Part shown: piece by piece, positions 41,671 to 52,501 of the stretch
How positions within the stretch are numbered: position 1 is the stretch's first letter
How the letters are laid out: the number at the start of each line of letters is the position of its first letter
DNA from: Nitrospinaceae bacterium
GTDB taxonomy: Bacteria > Nitrospinota > Nitrospinia > Nitrospinales > Nitrospinaceae
Length of the DNA stretch: 64,000 nucleotides
NCBI GenBank assembly: GCA_965223665.1
Contig: OZ245011.1
Location: 992,001 to 1,056,000, forward strand
Direction of reading: 5' to 3'
Program-made: the position numbers and the translations under genes
Notes under the pieces: generated by a model
Told to the model about the DNA's origin: nothing
Database searches by the model: none
What the model saw: the letters and a program-made list of their open reading frames with translations, nothing else

Positions 41671-41830
41671 TTAATATCCAATTTAGGTTTGTTGCTTTTA
41701 TAGGTGAATTATTCCATAATAAAAAAGAAAATTTGGGATGATTCCAACCTATAATCACTGAATTAAATTATTAAAAACATTGGTTATTCATTTCTTAACA
41801 TCATAACAGTTATAAAACAAGGCTTGTATA

Positions 41831-42364
41831 GTGAAAAAATTCTGGAAAGGTTTTGGATTGGTTTGCTTGGGGATTTTTCTTCAATTTAAATTTAACGTCC
41901 TGTATGGAATTGTATTTCTAGAAAACCTTAATTTCCACGATCGTACTTATTTCGTAAAAATGAACCTAATTCCAACAGACGAAAAATTAAGAGTACTGAA
42001 AGTGGAAACTACTGTACATCATTCCTTAGGACCTGATTATTTTGCAAATGTATATATCCCTGATAAATATAAGGTTTTAAATAAAAAAACCTATTTAGGC
42101 ACGGAAACAATTAAGGGATATAATGCTTATAAGATGAATATGAAACGAGTTTATAGAGATGTCCTAAGTGCAGAGGATTTTATAATTATGCCTGTGAATA
42201 CCAATGAGGATGTAGAAGCTACACCTATCCTGGTCCATTTCGAAAATATGAACCAGAGACTTCATAAAGACTCTACCTATAAAATAGCCACGGTTCAACA
42301 AAATACCAATTTGGATGGCCCGGAAATAGCCGAGGCCAAATACCCACAACAATTAGGCATGTAG
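41831..42364 (+). CDS. Hypothetical protein with N-terminal hydrophobic segment
   Basis: 177-aa ORF directly upstream of the DnaJ-domain gene; no motif recognised. Confidence 0.7.
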   Translation: MKKFWKGFGLVCLGIFLQFKFNVLYGIVFLENLNFHDRTYFVKMNLIPTDEKLRVLKVETTVHHSLGPDYFANVYIPDKYKVLNKKTYLGTETIKGYNAYKMNMKRVYRDVLSAEDFIIMPVNTNEDVEATPILVHFENMNQRLHKDSTYKIATVQQNTNLDGPEIAEAKYPQQLGM

Positions 42365-42374
42365 CATTTCAGAT

Positions 42375-43208
42375 ATGAAGACAGACTATAAAGATTATTA
42401 TCAAATTTTGGGAGTTTCTGAAAGCGCTAACGAAGAGCAAATTAAAAAAGCTTATCGAAAATTAGCCATAGAAACCCACCCCGACCGGAATCCCAACAAC
42501 CCGGAAAGTGAGGATCGATTTAAAGAGATCACTGAAGCTTATGGGGTTTTGATGGATCCAGTTAAACGAAAGGAATATGATTTTTTCCGCGGAAATTTTT
42601 CGAAGGGATCCCAAAGAAATCGTAATTTTAATTATTCTCAACAAGAAATTTTTGAAAATATGTTTCGCCAAGGGTTTGGACGTGATGCTTTTAAGGATTT
42701 AAATGTAGAATTCACCCGCTCAGGATTTCGTTCTGGCACAGGTTTTTTTGAAACAATATTGTTTAGCGGTGCTGCCGGAACCTTAGGAAAATTGCTTAGA
42801 AAGGTCCCGGGTCCCATTGGAAAACTTGGAACCGGAATATGGATTCTTCAATCCATAGGAGCGTCCATTTATGCTTATAAAAAAAGTAAATCCGGAAACG
42901 ATTTTTCTAAGAATTCCGATAATTCTAGTGGAATTCCCAACTCAATTAAAAACATTTTTCAAAAATCAAAGTCCGAAAATGGAGGACTTTCTTTGGACAT
43001 CAATTTTGATATCACCATACCATCATCCGAGGCTAATTCAGGGGCCAAAAAACAAATTTCTTATAAAGTTGGAGAGCAAACTGAAAAATTGCTTATTAAA
43101 GTTCCTCCCGGAATTGAAACAGGCGGTAAACTTCGGGTCAAGGAAAAAGGTAATTCTAAAAATGGAAAACGTGGAGATTTGATTTTGACTGTAAATATAC
43201 AAAATTAG
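42375..43208 (+). CDS. DnaJ-domain protein (CbpA-like, no zinc finger)
   Basis: [19 protein letters not shown]; partial DnaJ C-terminal domain (VPPG, GDLIL). Confidence 0.9.
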   Translation: MKTDYKDYYQILGVSESANEEQIKKAYRKLAIETHPDRNPNNPESEDRFKEITEAYGVLMDPVKRKEYDFFRGNFSKGSQRNRNFNYSQQEIFENMFRQGFGRDAFKDLNVEFTRSGFRSGTGFFETILFSGAAGTLGKLLRKVPGPIGKLGTGIWILQSIGASIYAYKKSKSGNDFSKNSDNSSGIPNSIKNIFQKSKSENGGLSLDINFDITIPSSEANSGAKKQISYKVGEQTEKLLIKVPPGIETGGKLRVKEKGNSKNGKRGDLILTVNIQN

Positions 43209-43368
43209 GGTCTCCAAAATTCTAAATACGTTTCTTTCTCTCACTCCTTAAACAAAAAAGAAATTTCCTCAAAATATTATTTTTAGGGTATTCTGAATCC
43301 ACCAATATTAAGCTTTCAAAATAATATTTTAAATTTCATTTTCCTAGCTACTTTGCTTTTATTTAAAT

Positions 43369-44643
43369 ATGGCGTTTTATTGCAACCATAAATCTATAAC
43401 GAAAGTTTACTTCTTTATTTTGTTTCTTATTTTTATTTGCACCAATGAACCCTTCGCAAAAGAAGAGCGCCTAGTTCCGGTAGGCGTAACCAAGGCCGTT
43501 CAATTTTCTTCGGAAAAAATAATTGAGCTCCCTGGAACCGTTTTAGCATGGGCAACTACCCGTCTAGCAGCGGAAATTGATGGTCGGGTAGAAAAATTGT
43601 TTTTTCAAGAAGGGGATTTTGTAAAAAAGGGAAAGCCTTTGGTTCAATTGCGTACCCGACCATTGCAACTTCAAATCAAATTGGCTGAAGCAGAAAAGCA
43701 AATGGTGAAATCCCGCTTAGAAGAACTCCAAGCTGGAACACGTTTAGAAACTATTGAAGCCGCAAAATTTGCAGTAAAGCAATCCAAAGCCAGGGTTCGA
43801 TTGGCCAATAATGAATTAATTCGAATCAAAAAGCTTTATAAGGATGGTGTTCTCAGTTTAGACGAGTACGATAAAGCCGATGCCGAGGCAGATAGCGCCC
43901 AATCTGAATTAAAAGAAAAAGAATCTGTACTAAAAGAATTAATTGCAGGGCCTAGAATTGAAAAGATACGGCAAGAAGAGGCAAATTACCAAGCTGCAAT
44001 AGCCCGAATAAAAATTATTGAGGATGATATTAAAAGAGCAACCATACATGCTCCTTTTAATGGATATATCATTAAAAAAGAAACTGAAGTTGGCCAATGG
44101 TTGGAAAAAGGTGATCCTGCTGTATTAATGAATACTGATCTTCCTTTAAAAATTGAAATCAATGTTCCACAATTTCAATTCAATTCCATTCCAATGGGTG
44201 CACAGGTAAATATTTTTTTGGATACATATAATAAAAACATACCGAGCAAAAGTTATAAGGGAATTGTTATTGAAAAAATTAAATCGGGTAATACAGTATC
44301 GAGGACATTTCCTCTAAGAATTAAAGTCGAAGGCCAGGCCATAGGCCTTTCTCCGGGAATGTTGGTTCAAGTACAAATTTTAGCTGCCCAAAAAACAGGA
44401 AATCAAATTTTTGTTCCCAAAGATGCGTTGGTTCGAACTCCTAAGGATATATCTATATGGGTCATTCGGACAGATAATGAAAATTCTTTTAGGGCCCATA
44501 AAGTTTTAGTAGAAACGGGGATGGTAAAGAAAAGTTTAGTGGCTATCCGGACTTTAAATGGTTCACTAAAACCAGGAGAATTGGTAGTTGTCCAGGGAAA
44601 TGAAAGATTAAAGCCTAAAATCAAAGTAAATATCATCAAATAG
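43369..44643 (+). CDS. RND efflux periplasmic adaptor (membrane fusion protein)
   Basis: EIDGRVEK...EGDFVKKG, IHAPFNG, SRTFPLR, LSPGM, VPKDAL. Confidence 0.92.
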   Translation: MAFYCNHKSITKVYFFILFLIFICTNEPFAKEERLVPVGVTKAVQFSSEKIIELPGTVLAWATTRLAAEIDGRVEKLFFQEGDFVKKGKPLVQLRTRPLQLQIKLAEAEKQMVKSRLEELQAGTRLETIEAAKFAVKQSKARVRLANNELIRIKKLYKDGVLSLDEYDKADAEADSAQSELKEKESVLKELIAGPRIEKIRQEEANYQAAIARIKIIEDDIKRATIHAPFNGYIIKKETEVGQWLEKGDPAVLMNTDLPLKIEINVPQFQFNSIPMGAQVNIFLDTYNKNIPSKSYKGIVIEKIKSGNTVSRTFPLRIKVEGQAIGLSPGMLVQVQILAAQKTGNQIFVPKDALVRTPKDISIWVIRTDNENSFRAHKVLVETGMVKKSLVAIRTLNGSLKPGELVVVQGNERLKPKIKVNIIK

Positions 44644-44659
44644 AGCACGAGTTTCTTCC

Positions 44660-47600
44660 ATGAAATGGATTGAGGGATCTTTAAAATATGGTGTTACAGT
44701 GGCGGTTGGAGTCATTTTGATTCTAATGTTTGGCATTATGTCGCTTTTAAGGATTCCGGTTCAATTGACTCCTGAAATAAGTCAACCGGAACTCAGTATT
44801 CGCACCACCTGGCCAGGTGCTAGCCCTGAAGAAGTTGAGCGAGAAATCGTTGATGAGCAGGAAGAGCAATTAAAATCCATTGTCGGCTTAACGGAAATAG
44901 AAAGTGCTTCCAAAACGGGTCGAGCTGAAATTTATCTTACATTCCAAACTGGAACTAACTTACAAGAAGCTTTGGTAAGAACATCAAATGCTTTAAACCA
45001 GGTATCCTCCTATCCTGAGGACGTTGACGAACCTATCATAAAAACCGTTAATGTTTCCGATCGTCCCATCGGGTGGTTTGTTTTACAACCCATACCAGGA
45101 AACGATAATATCAATGTCTACCATTACAGGGATTTTGCAGAGGACAATATACAAGCCAGGTTTGAAAGGGTTCCTGGTGTATCCGACAGTGATGTTTATG
45201 GAGGAAGCCCACTAGAAGTCCAAGTTATATTTAATCCTAATGCTTTAGCGGAAAGAGGAATTAGTATATTCGATCTTAGAGAAACATTGAGAAATCAAAA
45301 CCACAATATAAGTGGAGGAGATTTTGATGAAGGTAAAAGGCGATATATTGTTCGAACCACAGGAGAGTTCCGAAGCCCCGAGCAAATCGAAAATACAATT
45401 CTTACCCATGTGGAAGGCTCACCAGTATACGTAAAAGACGTAGCTGAGGTAAAAGTCGCTTACGATGAACTTCGCGATTATGTACGCCATAATGGACTTC
45501 CAGGAATTTCAATTAATGCACGTAGGGAAATTGGTTCAAACATTCTCCAGGTAATGGAAGAACTTCAAAAAGTTGTCGCTGATTTAAATAAAAATCTATT
45601 AAATCCGATGGGATTGCATTTAACTCAGACAGCCGACAAAACCGAATACATATCCCGCTCCATTGATATGGTGAAATTGAACTTACTGGTAGGGGGTACT
45701 CTTGCCACCATAATACTATTATTATTTCTTCGGAGTATTTATAGTACTTTAGTAATCGCTATTGCCATACCAGTAAGTGTGGTGGGTTCATTTCTTATTA
45801 TTACTTTAATGGGAAAAACCATTAACGTCATCATGTTGGCAGGAATGGCTTTTGCTGTGGGAATGGTAGTGGATGCATCCATTGTGGTTTTAGAAAACAT
45901 TTATCGACACCGACAAATGGGAAAAGATACTTATCAAGCTGCAATGGACGGCGCATCAGAGGTATGGGGAGCAATTTTGGCCAGCACACTTACTACTCTG
46001 GTTGTTTTCATACCTATACTTTTTATAAAGGAGGAAGTTGGACAGTTGTTTCAAGATATTGCTGTGGCTATCAGCGCTGCTGTAACTTTATCAATGGTAG
46101 TGAGTATACTAGTCATCCCAATATTAAGTCGAAAACTTTTCCAATTTGAATCTCATAATCCGGATAAAAAAAATGTGATTCGCTCTTTATTTAAAAATCT
46201 ATTTGGCTTAGTTCCTTTAGCAATTAAATTTAATCATTTCGTTGTAGGTATACTTAGGACGCTTTTTAAGAGTAAATTTGCACAAATTATTTTTGTTTTA
46301 ATTCTAATTTTGATTCCTGCTTGGTCTGCATGGAAAATGCTTCCAAAAACAGAATATCTTCCTGAAGGAAACCAAAATGTCATCCTGGGAATGATGATCC
46401 CCCCTCAAGGCTATAATATTAACGAAATGCACCGCATTAGTTTTGAACTAGAGAAAGACTATAAAAAATATTGGGAAGCTCAACTCGGAAGTCCTGAAGA
46501 AGCTGAACTGGACGGACCACCGGTTCGCAATTTTTTATTCATTGGAAGTCGAGGAAGATTATTTACGATTGTTAAAGCTAAAGATCCTTCCCGAGCGAGC
46601 GAATTGATTCCAATCCTAAAGAGAGAATTAAAAAAGGTCCCCGGAATGATTGCGATTACTAAACAACTTTCTCTTTTCTCAAGTGCTTTTAGTGGGTCCC
46701 GTGGAATAGAAATGAATATTAATGGTCCTGATTTAGTTCAATTAACTGATATGGCACGTTCGGCTTTTTTTAAGATTCGTAATTTAATGCCAGAAGGATC
46801 AATAAGGCCTAGACCGGGTCTTGAATTAGGGCAACCCCAAATTCAAATCCAACCTCGTTGGAAAGAACTTTCTGAAATGGATGTGAATGTATCTGAATTA
46901 GGTTATTCAGTGGCTGCACTTGTTGATGGGGTCTATGCCGATGAAGTTTATTTGGATTCAAATAAAATTAAAGTACCTTACCTTCCTCGCGATGGCATTG
47001 ACTTAATCCTTAGGAGCAGAGTCAAAGATATTAATCAAACTCAGGATATTCCCAGTGCAATTATTTATACAAAGAAAGGACAGGCGGTACCATTAAACAG
47101 CGTAACCGAAATGATTGAAACCGTCAGTTCAGAGGAAATCAGACATTTTGAAAGAAAACGTTCAATTACTTTAGAAATAACTCCTCCGCCAAAAATGGCT
47201 CTCGAAGAAGGAATTGAAATTGTACAAAATGAAATTATTAGGCCTTGGAAAGAAGATGGTTCTCTTTCAGGAGAATATTCGGTAACCCTTACAGGTAATG
47301 CAGATAAATTAGAAAAAACTAGAGACGCCATGTCCGGTAATTTTATTTTGGCTATAATTATCACGTATCTTTTGTTGGCAGTACTATTTCAACATTGGGG
47401 TTATCCTTTTATTATAATGTTAAGTGTCCCATTAGCCGCGGTCGGTGGGGTGATTGGCCTATGGACTCTGAATCAATTCGTTCTCCAACCACTAGATGTA
47501 TTAACCATGCTGGGTTTTATAATATTAATTGGAGTAGTGGTCAATAACGCTATTTTAATAATACATCAAACTTTAACCCACATTAGACAAGAAGGGATGT

Positions 47601-47917
47601 TTTACCAAAATGCAATTTTAGAAAGTGTTCGAAATCGAATCCGACCAATTTTTATGAGTACCTTTACCAGTATTTTTGGCTTAATGCCTTTAGTAGCATT
47701 TCCAGGTGCTGGCAGTGAAGTTTATCGAGGAATTGGGGTCGTGATTCTTTCAGGGTTATTCTTTAGTACAATATTCACGTTAATACTTATTCCATGCTTA
47801 TTAAATTTAGTTATGGGGTTTAATCAGAGCATTCCTCCAACAAGCACCACAAAATATAAGGAAAAATCTTCAGCGCTACCCTCTGGTCCATTTCAGGAAA
47901 TTATTAGCGAAAATTAA
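44660..47917 (+). CDS. RND efflux permease (AcrB/AcrD/AcrF family)
   Basis: WPGASPEEVE, GMVVDASIVVLENI, GVVVNNAIL, RIRPIFMST. Confidence 0.96.
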   Translation: MKWIEGSLKYGVTVAVGVILILMFGIMSLLRIPVQLTPEISQPELSIRTTWPGASPEEVEREIVDEQEEQLKSIVGLTEIESASKTGRAEIYLTFQTGTNLQEALVRTSNALNQVSSYPEDVDEPIIKTVNVSDRPIGWFVLQPIPGNDNINVYHYRDFAEDNIQARFERVPGVSDSDVYGGSPLEVQVIFNPNALAERGISIFDLRETLRNQNHNISGGDFDEGKRRYIVRTTGEFRSPEQIENTILTHVEGSPVYVKDVAEVKVAYDELRDYVRHNGLPGISINARREIGSNILQVMEELQKVVADLNKNLLNPMGLHLTQTADKTEYISRSIDMVKLNLLVGGTLATIILLLFLRSIYSTLVIAIAIPVSVVGSFLIITLMGKTINVIMLAGMAFAVGMVVDASIVVLENIYRHRQMGKDTYQAAMDGASEVWGAILASTLTTLVVFIPILFIKEEVGQLFQDIAVAISAAVTLSMVVSILVIPILSRKLFQFESHNPDKKNVIRSLFKNLFGLVPLAIKFNHFVVGILRTLFKSKFAQIIFVLILILIPAWSAWKMLPKTEYLPEGNQNVILGMMIPPQGYNINEMHRISFELEKDYKKYWEAQLGSPEEAELDGPPVRNFLFIGSRGRLFTIVKAKDPSRASELIPILKRELKKVPGMIAITKQLSLFSSAFSGSRGIEMNINGPDLVQLTDMARSAFFKIRNLMPEGSIRPRPGLELGQPQIQIQPRWKELSEMDVNVSELGYSVAALVDGVYADEVYLDSNKIKVPYLPRDGIDLILRSRVKDINQTQDIPSAIIYTKKGQAVPLNSVTEMIETVSSEEIRHFERKRSITLEITPPPKMALEEGIEIVQNEIIRPWKEDGSLSGEYSVTLTGNADKLEKTRDAMSGNFILAIIITYLLLAVLFQHWGYPFIIMLSVPLAAVGGVIGLWTLNQFVLQPLDVLTMLGFIILIGVVVNNAILIIHQTLTHIRQEGMFYQNAILESVRNRIRPIFMSTFTSIFGLMPLVAFPGAGSEVYRGIGVVILSGLFFSTIFTLILIPCLLNLVMGFNQSIPPTSTTKYKEKSSALPSGPFQEIISEN

Positions 47918-47930
47918 ACAAACTTCATTT

Positions 47931-48626
47931 ATGGATAAAATTGATCTGATTTCATATTGGAGAAAATTTTTCTCCGATCTTTTAGTTGGCACCTTTAAAA
48001 CTTTTTTCTTTTACGGATTAATGGGTGGGTTAGCTGGTGGGATTGCTTTTATTGTCATAAAAGCTTTTTATATTAGCATTTCCGAGTGGAGTGCTTGGGT
48101 ACAATGGGTATGCCTCATGTTTGCACTAATGTGGTATGGGTTCTGGGGAATATTTCATGGATTTGTAGCTGGAATTTTAAAAGTATTGGGCAAAAAGTTA
48201 GGGGAAATGGTACACGGTTTACAGGATTTAATGGATTTCTTAGTCGGAGGCGTATTAGCAGGTTTTCCAAAAGTTAATAAAACTTTTTCCAAAGGGGAAT
48301 TGGACCAAAAGTTTGATGAATTAGGTCAAAAGTTTATGAAAGACCTTAAATTAAAAGGGGGATTAATCAATTGGATAAAAAGAATACTTTTCCTGACTAT
48401 TTTAAAAGTCTTAAAATTTATGTTTTTGGATGACATAAAATTAGAGTTAGATAAAAAAAACAAATCAGAATTGACCCGCGCAGATATTGAAAGCGCGGTG
48501 CGACGAGTAGGGGTTGAGTTTTTTGTTTCAACAATCCATGAAAAATTTTTAATTTTTCATATTCTGAATATTGCTTTGGCCTTAATTACCTTTTTCCTAC
48601 CCTTCTTACCTTTTTGGCTCCTATGA
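47931..48626 (+). CDS. Hypothetical membrane protein
   Basis: About three hydrophobic segments; 13 bp after the RND permease stop. Confidence 0.7.
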   Translation: MDKIDLISYWRKFFSDLLVGTFKTFFFYGLMGGLAGGIAFIVIKAFYISISEWSAWVQWVCLMFALMWYGFWGIFHGFVAGILKVLGKKLGEMVHGLQDLMDFLVGGVLAGFPKVNKTFSKGELDQKFDELGQKFMKDLKLKGGLINWIKRILFLTILKVLKFMFLDDIKLELDKKNKSELTRADIESAVRRVGVEFFVSTIHEKFLIFHILNIALALITFFLPFLPFWLL

Positions 48627-48700
48627 TTAAATTAAAATTGTAAGGCTTTCCCACTAACTGCGACTTCAATTTAACAATTTAATTTATGGAGATCCTAATC

Positions 48701-48856
48701 ATGAGTCGAATTCGAGTTATTTTATTAACAGGTTTATTTTTAACAGGGGTTTATTTCATGGCATCTGGTTGCGCACATCCACAAGATAAATCCGCACCAA
48801 AAAAATCAAGTAATTCCAAAGAAGGGTCTAGAACTACAACCAATCCATATAATTGA
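48701..48856 (+). CDS. Small 51-aa lipoprotein (not in ORF track)
   Basis: GGAG RBS; MSRIRVILLTGLFLTGVYFMASG-CAHPQDKSAPKKSSNSKEGSRTTTNPYN. Confidence 0.7.
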   Translation: MSRIRVILLTGLFLTGVYFMASGCAHPQDKSAPKKSSNSKEGSRTTTNPYN

Positions 48857-48870
48857 TTAGGAATTGATAA

Positions 48871-49659
48871 CTAGGCTCCTTTTAATAAATCCTCAATTAC
48901 CTTTTTAAACTTGTTATAAGGATGAGCCCCACGCAAAAATTGAATCGCTTTAAATTTGTTTGGATTCTTTGCATCGGTTTTTCCAAATATAAAGCTGGGT
49001 GTTCCTTGAACCCCTAATTCTCCTCCGTCCTGGACATCTCGATTGATTTGTTTCTCATATTTATCGGAATTAAAACAACTTTGAAATAAATCCATATTCA
49101 ATTTTAGCTTTTCAGCATAACCCAAAAGTACGTCCTTTCCCATCCTTTGACGTCCTTGAAAAATTAAGTCGTGCATTTTCCAATACCCGTCTTGTTCTCC
49201 AGCGCACAAAGACGCTTTGGAGGCATTTTCTGCATTTGGGTGTATTTGTTTTAAAGGAAACTCTCGAATAATGTATTTGACTTTACCTGTGTCAACATAA
49301 TCCTTAATAATTTTAGGGTATGTATTTATGACATGGCGCCGGCAATAAGGACATTGATAATCCGTGAACTCCAGTAAAATTATTGGGGCATTTGTTTTAC
49401 CAAGTACAGGGGATCCCTCAATAGTAACATCTACTGGTTTAAATGGTTCTTCAGCTTGACCAGTCAGTTTTTTCAGGGGTTCCAGTAAATCCTTAATTAA
49501 TTTTAAATCCTTTTTAATTTCATCTTGCCCTTTTTTCAGAGCATCAATTTCAGATTGAAGGGATTGAATCTCTTCATTCCCAAATGCAGATCCACCCATT
49601 GTCAAAAGTAATGACAATATAATGCAAACTATCCCAATAAACTTTTCGATCGTTTTCAC
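48871..49659 (-). CDS. DsbA-like thioredoxin-fold oxidoreductase with N-terminal coiled coil
   Basis: Signal peptide, EFTDYQCPYC, FPL..IH, GVQGTPSF. Confidence 0.9.
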   Translation of the reverse strand: MKTIEKFIGIVCIILSLLLTMGGSAFGNEEIQSLQSEIDALKKGQDEIKKDLKLIKDLLEPLKKLTGQAEEPFKPVDVTIEGSPVLGKTNAPIILLEFTDYQCPYCRRHVINTYPKIIKDYVDTGKVKYIIREFPLKQIHPNAENASKASLCAGEQDGYWKMHDLIFQGRQRMGKDVLLGYAEKLKLNMDLFQSCFNSDKYEKQINRDVQDGGELGVQGTPSFIFGKTDAKNPNKFKAIQFLRGAHPYNKFKKVIEDLLKGA

Positions 49660-49770
49660 GGAATCATCCTTTCCTACATGAATTTATCAATTCAGGCATT
49701 GTACCTTAAAATTAGTGTCCAGGGGGAAATGAAAGTAATTTTTTCGGGATAGAGAGAATAGTTTTTACTA

Positions 49771-51555
49771 CTAAGTTAAGGCTGTAAGACGATCCAAAAT
49801 ATTTTCTCTTTCATGATATCCCAAATACAACAATCCATCTGAAAGAGAATAATTGTGAGGAAAAGTCATCACCTCTCTACTTAATTTTTCAACCACTTCC
49901 TGGTAAACTTCGGTGGCCTGCTCTGAGGTTAGTCCAGTTTTGATGTCATACGAATATCCCAAAGCAAGGTCATGGTGGGGCGGGTTGTGCAAATTATAAA
50001 CTCCCCATTTTTCAGGCTCTTTAGCAAGGGGTGTCCCTTTCTCCAAGTCAAATTGCGAGGCAATACAAGAAAAGCCCGGTGAATCTAAAATTTCCTGATG
50101 ATCTAAGACAAAGTTAACGGAGTCCATCACTTCTTCCCTCGTCTCCGTAGGAAATCCTACCAATATATAAAAATGCATGCCAATACCAATTCGAATACAA
50201 TCTTTAACCGTTTTATCAATAACTTCTACTGGGCATCCTTTTATCATCGAATCTAGCACTCTTTGATTATAAGATTCCATTCCAAAAATTAGTTTTCGAC
50301 AACCGGATTTGTATAAGAGCTCTAACCGATCCTCTCTTAACAAACTTTTTTCAAATTTTAATTCACCCGTCCATTGAACATCAACTTTTTCCTCAACAAG
50401 TTTTTGTGCAAAAGTTCTAAGAAAATTAATAGGCAATGCCTCGTCAGTAAAAAAGAAATAATTACAATCATATTTCTCTTTTAAATTCTTAAAATCCTGA
50501 ACCACTGTCTCTGCATATCGAACATGAAAATCCATATGATCAAAAGGAATTGAGCAAAATGCACAACGTTCCCAATAACAACCCCGTGAACCCATAACCG
50601 GCAAAACTCTTTCTGGTGAAAGATAAAGATCAAACGGCATTCCATCAAAGTCAGGTGTGGGCAACGCATTTAATTCTTCTTTTTTAAAGGGGCGGTTTAC
50701 CTTAACAGTTTCGCCATCTTTATAAATTAAGTTTGGAACTTTACTGAGATCCTTCTCGCCTCTCAACTGTTGAACCAACCTTAATAATGGCGTTTCGCCT
50801 TCATGCACTATAAAGCTATCTACAAATTGAAATAATGGAGAGTTTTTCTCAAGCTGATCCACCAACTTGGTAAATACACTTCCTCCAACAGTGATATGGA
50901 TATTGGGATTAGCCTCTTTCACCAAATGGGCCAAAGTAAGGCCTGGTATAATTTGTTCTACCGATGTAATAGAAATTCCTAAAATATCTATGTCTTCCTT
51001 CAGGATTCCTTGTAAATAGTGTTCCTTATATAAATCATAAAAAAAGTTCTCTTCGGGGTGTTTAAACGAATCTAAAATATCTCGAGTGGAATAAGGAGAA
51101 AATCGAAGTTGACTGCCAATAACTGTTAATTGGGAGGGGTAATAAGGGGCTAATATATTATCTAACCATACATCGATAATTTTGAGAGCCTCCATGTATC
51201 TTTCAATTTGGTAAAACTCCTCTGTACGCAGAATGGTTTTTGCATTATCAATCTGGTCTTTTAAGGCAAAAATGATTTCCTCTGCTTCTCTCAATTTTTG
51301 AAATTTTTCACGCTCCCTATCCGAATGAAATGGCTTCCCCGCAAGATCATTCAATTCCTTTTGTATTCGCTGGTAAAGTGGTTGTGCTTTTTCCCATGTA
51401 CACAAATGATCCAATAACTCAATTGCCAAATCACGTTGAACCACATCTTGAATTCCGTGTTGATGCAAAAACGCCTTAAGGGCCGGTAAACTCAAATAGG
51501 GTTGTGAAGGATGCCATGACGAGGGAAATACGAGATAAATCATATATAAATCCAA
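49771..51555 (-). CDS. B12-binding domain radical SAM protein
   Basis: PYLSLPAL, ITVGGS, HEGE, SRGCYWERCAFC, FTDE, GMES, VGFPTET; start could be ATG 51543. Confidence 0.9.
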   Translation of the reverse strand: MDLYMIYLVFPSSWHPSQPYLSLPALKAFLHQHGIQDVVQRDLAIELLDHLCTWEKAQPLYQRIQKELNDLAGKPFHSDREREKFQKLREAEEIIFALKDQIDNAKTILRTEEFYQIERYMEALKIIDVWLDNILAPYYPSQLTVIGSQLRFSPYSTRDILDSFKHPEENFFYDLYKEHYLQGILKEDIDILGISITSVEQIIPGLTLAHLVKEANPNIHITVGGSVFTKLVDQLEKNSPLFQFVDSFIVHEGETPLLRLVQQLRGEKDLSKVPNLIYKDGETVKVNRPFKKEELNALPTPDFDGMPFDLYLSPERVLPVMGSRGCYWERCAFCSIPFDHMDFHVRYAETVVQDFKNLKEKYDCNYFFFTDEALPINFLRTFAQKLVEEKVDVQWTGELKFEKSLLREDRLELLYKSGCRKLIFGMESYNQRVLDSMIKGCPVEVIDKTVKDCIRIGIGMHFYILVGFPTETREEVMDSVNFVLDHQEILDSPGFSCIASQFDLEKGTPLAKEPEKWGVYNLHNPPHHDLALGYSYDIKTGLTSEQATEVYQEVVEKLSREVMTFPHNYSLSDGLLYLGYHERENILDRLTALT

Positions 51556-51575
51556 TCGGAAATTTTGATATTAAT

Positions 51576-51896
51576 TTATTGAGGCTTTGGCGCCATAAAC
51601 ACTAACATAACCAAGGGCTCCTGAGTATGATTGACCACCCCATGAACCTCTCCTGAGGATGCCATAGTTATTTCATCTGCTTGCAACTCCCTCTCTTCGG
51701 AACCAACGGTAATCTTACCTTTGCCTTCGAGGACATAGTATATCTTGTCAGAGCCTTCATGTGCATGGACTTTTTGTGCTTGCCCGGGTTGTAAACAATA
51801 GAGATCGCAAAAAAAACGATCTGAATCAAAGAGACCCACTTTATTCATTTTTTCGGATTTAAAAGCTGCCTGACTCCTTACTTTAATTACATTCAT
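51576..51896 (-). CDS. Cupin domain protein
   Basis: PGQAQKVHAHEGSDKIYYVLEGKG, GEVHGV.N; ATG 51896 has GAGG RBS. Confidence 0.9.
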   Translation of the reverse strand: MNVIKVRSQAAFKSEKMNKVGLFDSDRFFCDLYCLQPGQAQKVHAHEGSDKIYYVLEGKGKITVGSEERELQADEITMASSGEVHGVVNHTQEPLVMLVFMAPKPQ

Positions 51897-52388
51897 TGCC
51901 AATCCTCTTAACCTTTTAAAAAACAATATTTTTCGTTCTTTTGATTTTGTGCTTGAATTTTACCACAGACCCTAAGTTCAGCAACAAAAATCGAATAACC
52001 TCAAAAATTTCATTTTTTAATTCAAATAATATTTTCGATCAAACGAATATCCGGTTTCTTATGCTTTTTTATTTCACTAAAAATACAATTTCCACATTTA
52101 CAAATACATTCGAACTTTAGAGTTTTTCAAATTATGTAAAATCTAAAAATCCATATCAAAATTTAACTTGGATGCAAAACTACTTTAATACCCCACTTTA
52201 TCTGATTTCTATTTACATGGTTTAAAATTAGAGTTTATAAATTTTTATAACCAAGCCTATTTTTTTATACAATTTTCAATAAAAGTTACTTTTACTTAAA
52301 CAAACATTTCTTTCTTTCCTTAAAAAAGTGCATTTGAATTTTGTTCCCTTACCATCACTAACTTTTTTTAGTTAGCTTTCCTTCTGCC

Positions 52389-52405
52389 TTGGCATTCAAT
52401 TTGCT
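52389..52405 (+). promoter_or_regulatory. Sigma54 (-24/-12) promoter
   Basis: TTGGCATTCAATTTGCT with exact GG-N10-GC spacing, about 100 bp upstream of the peptidase. Confidence 0.7.
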
Positions 52406-52501
52406 CCAATCTTTCCATTAAATTTACAATTATAGTAAATTTTAATTAAAAGGTTTTTCCTTAATTTTAAAAGTGAATGGCAACCAAAGACCACTGGGAA
52501 C

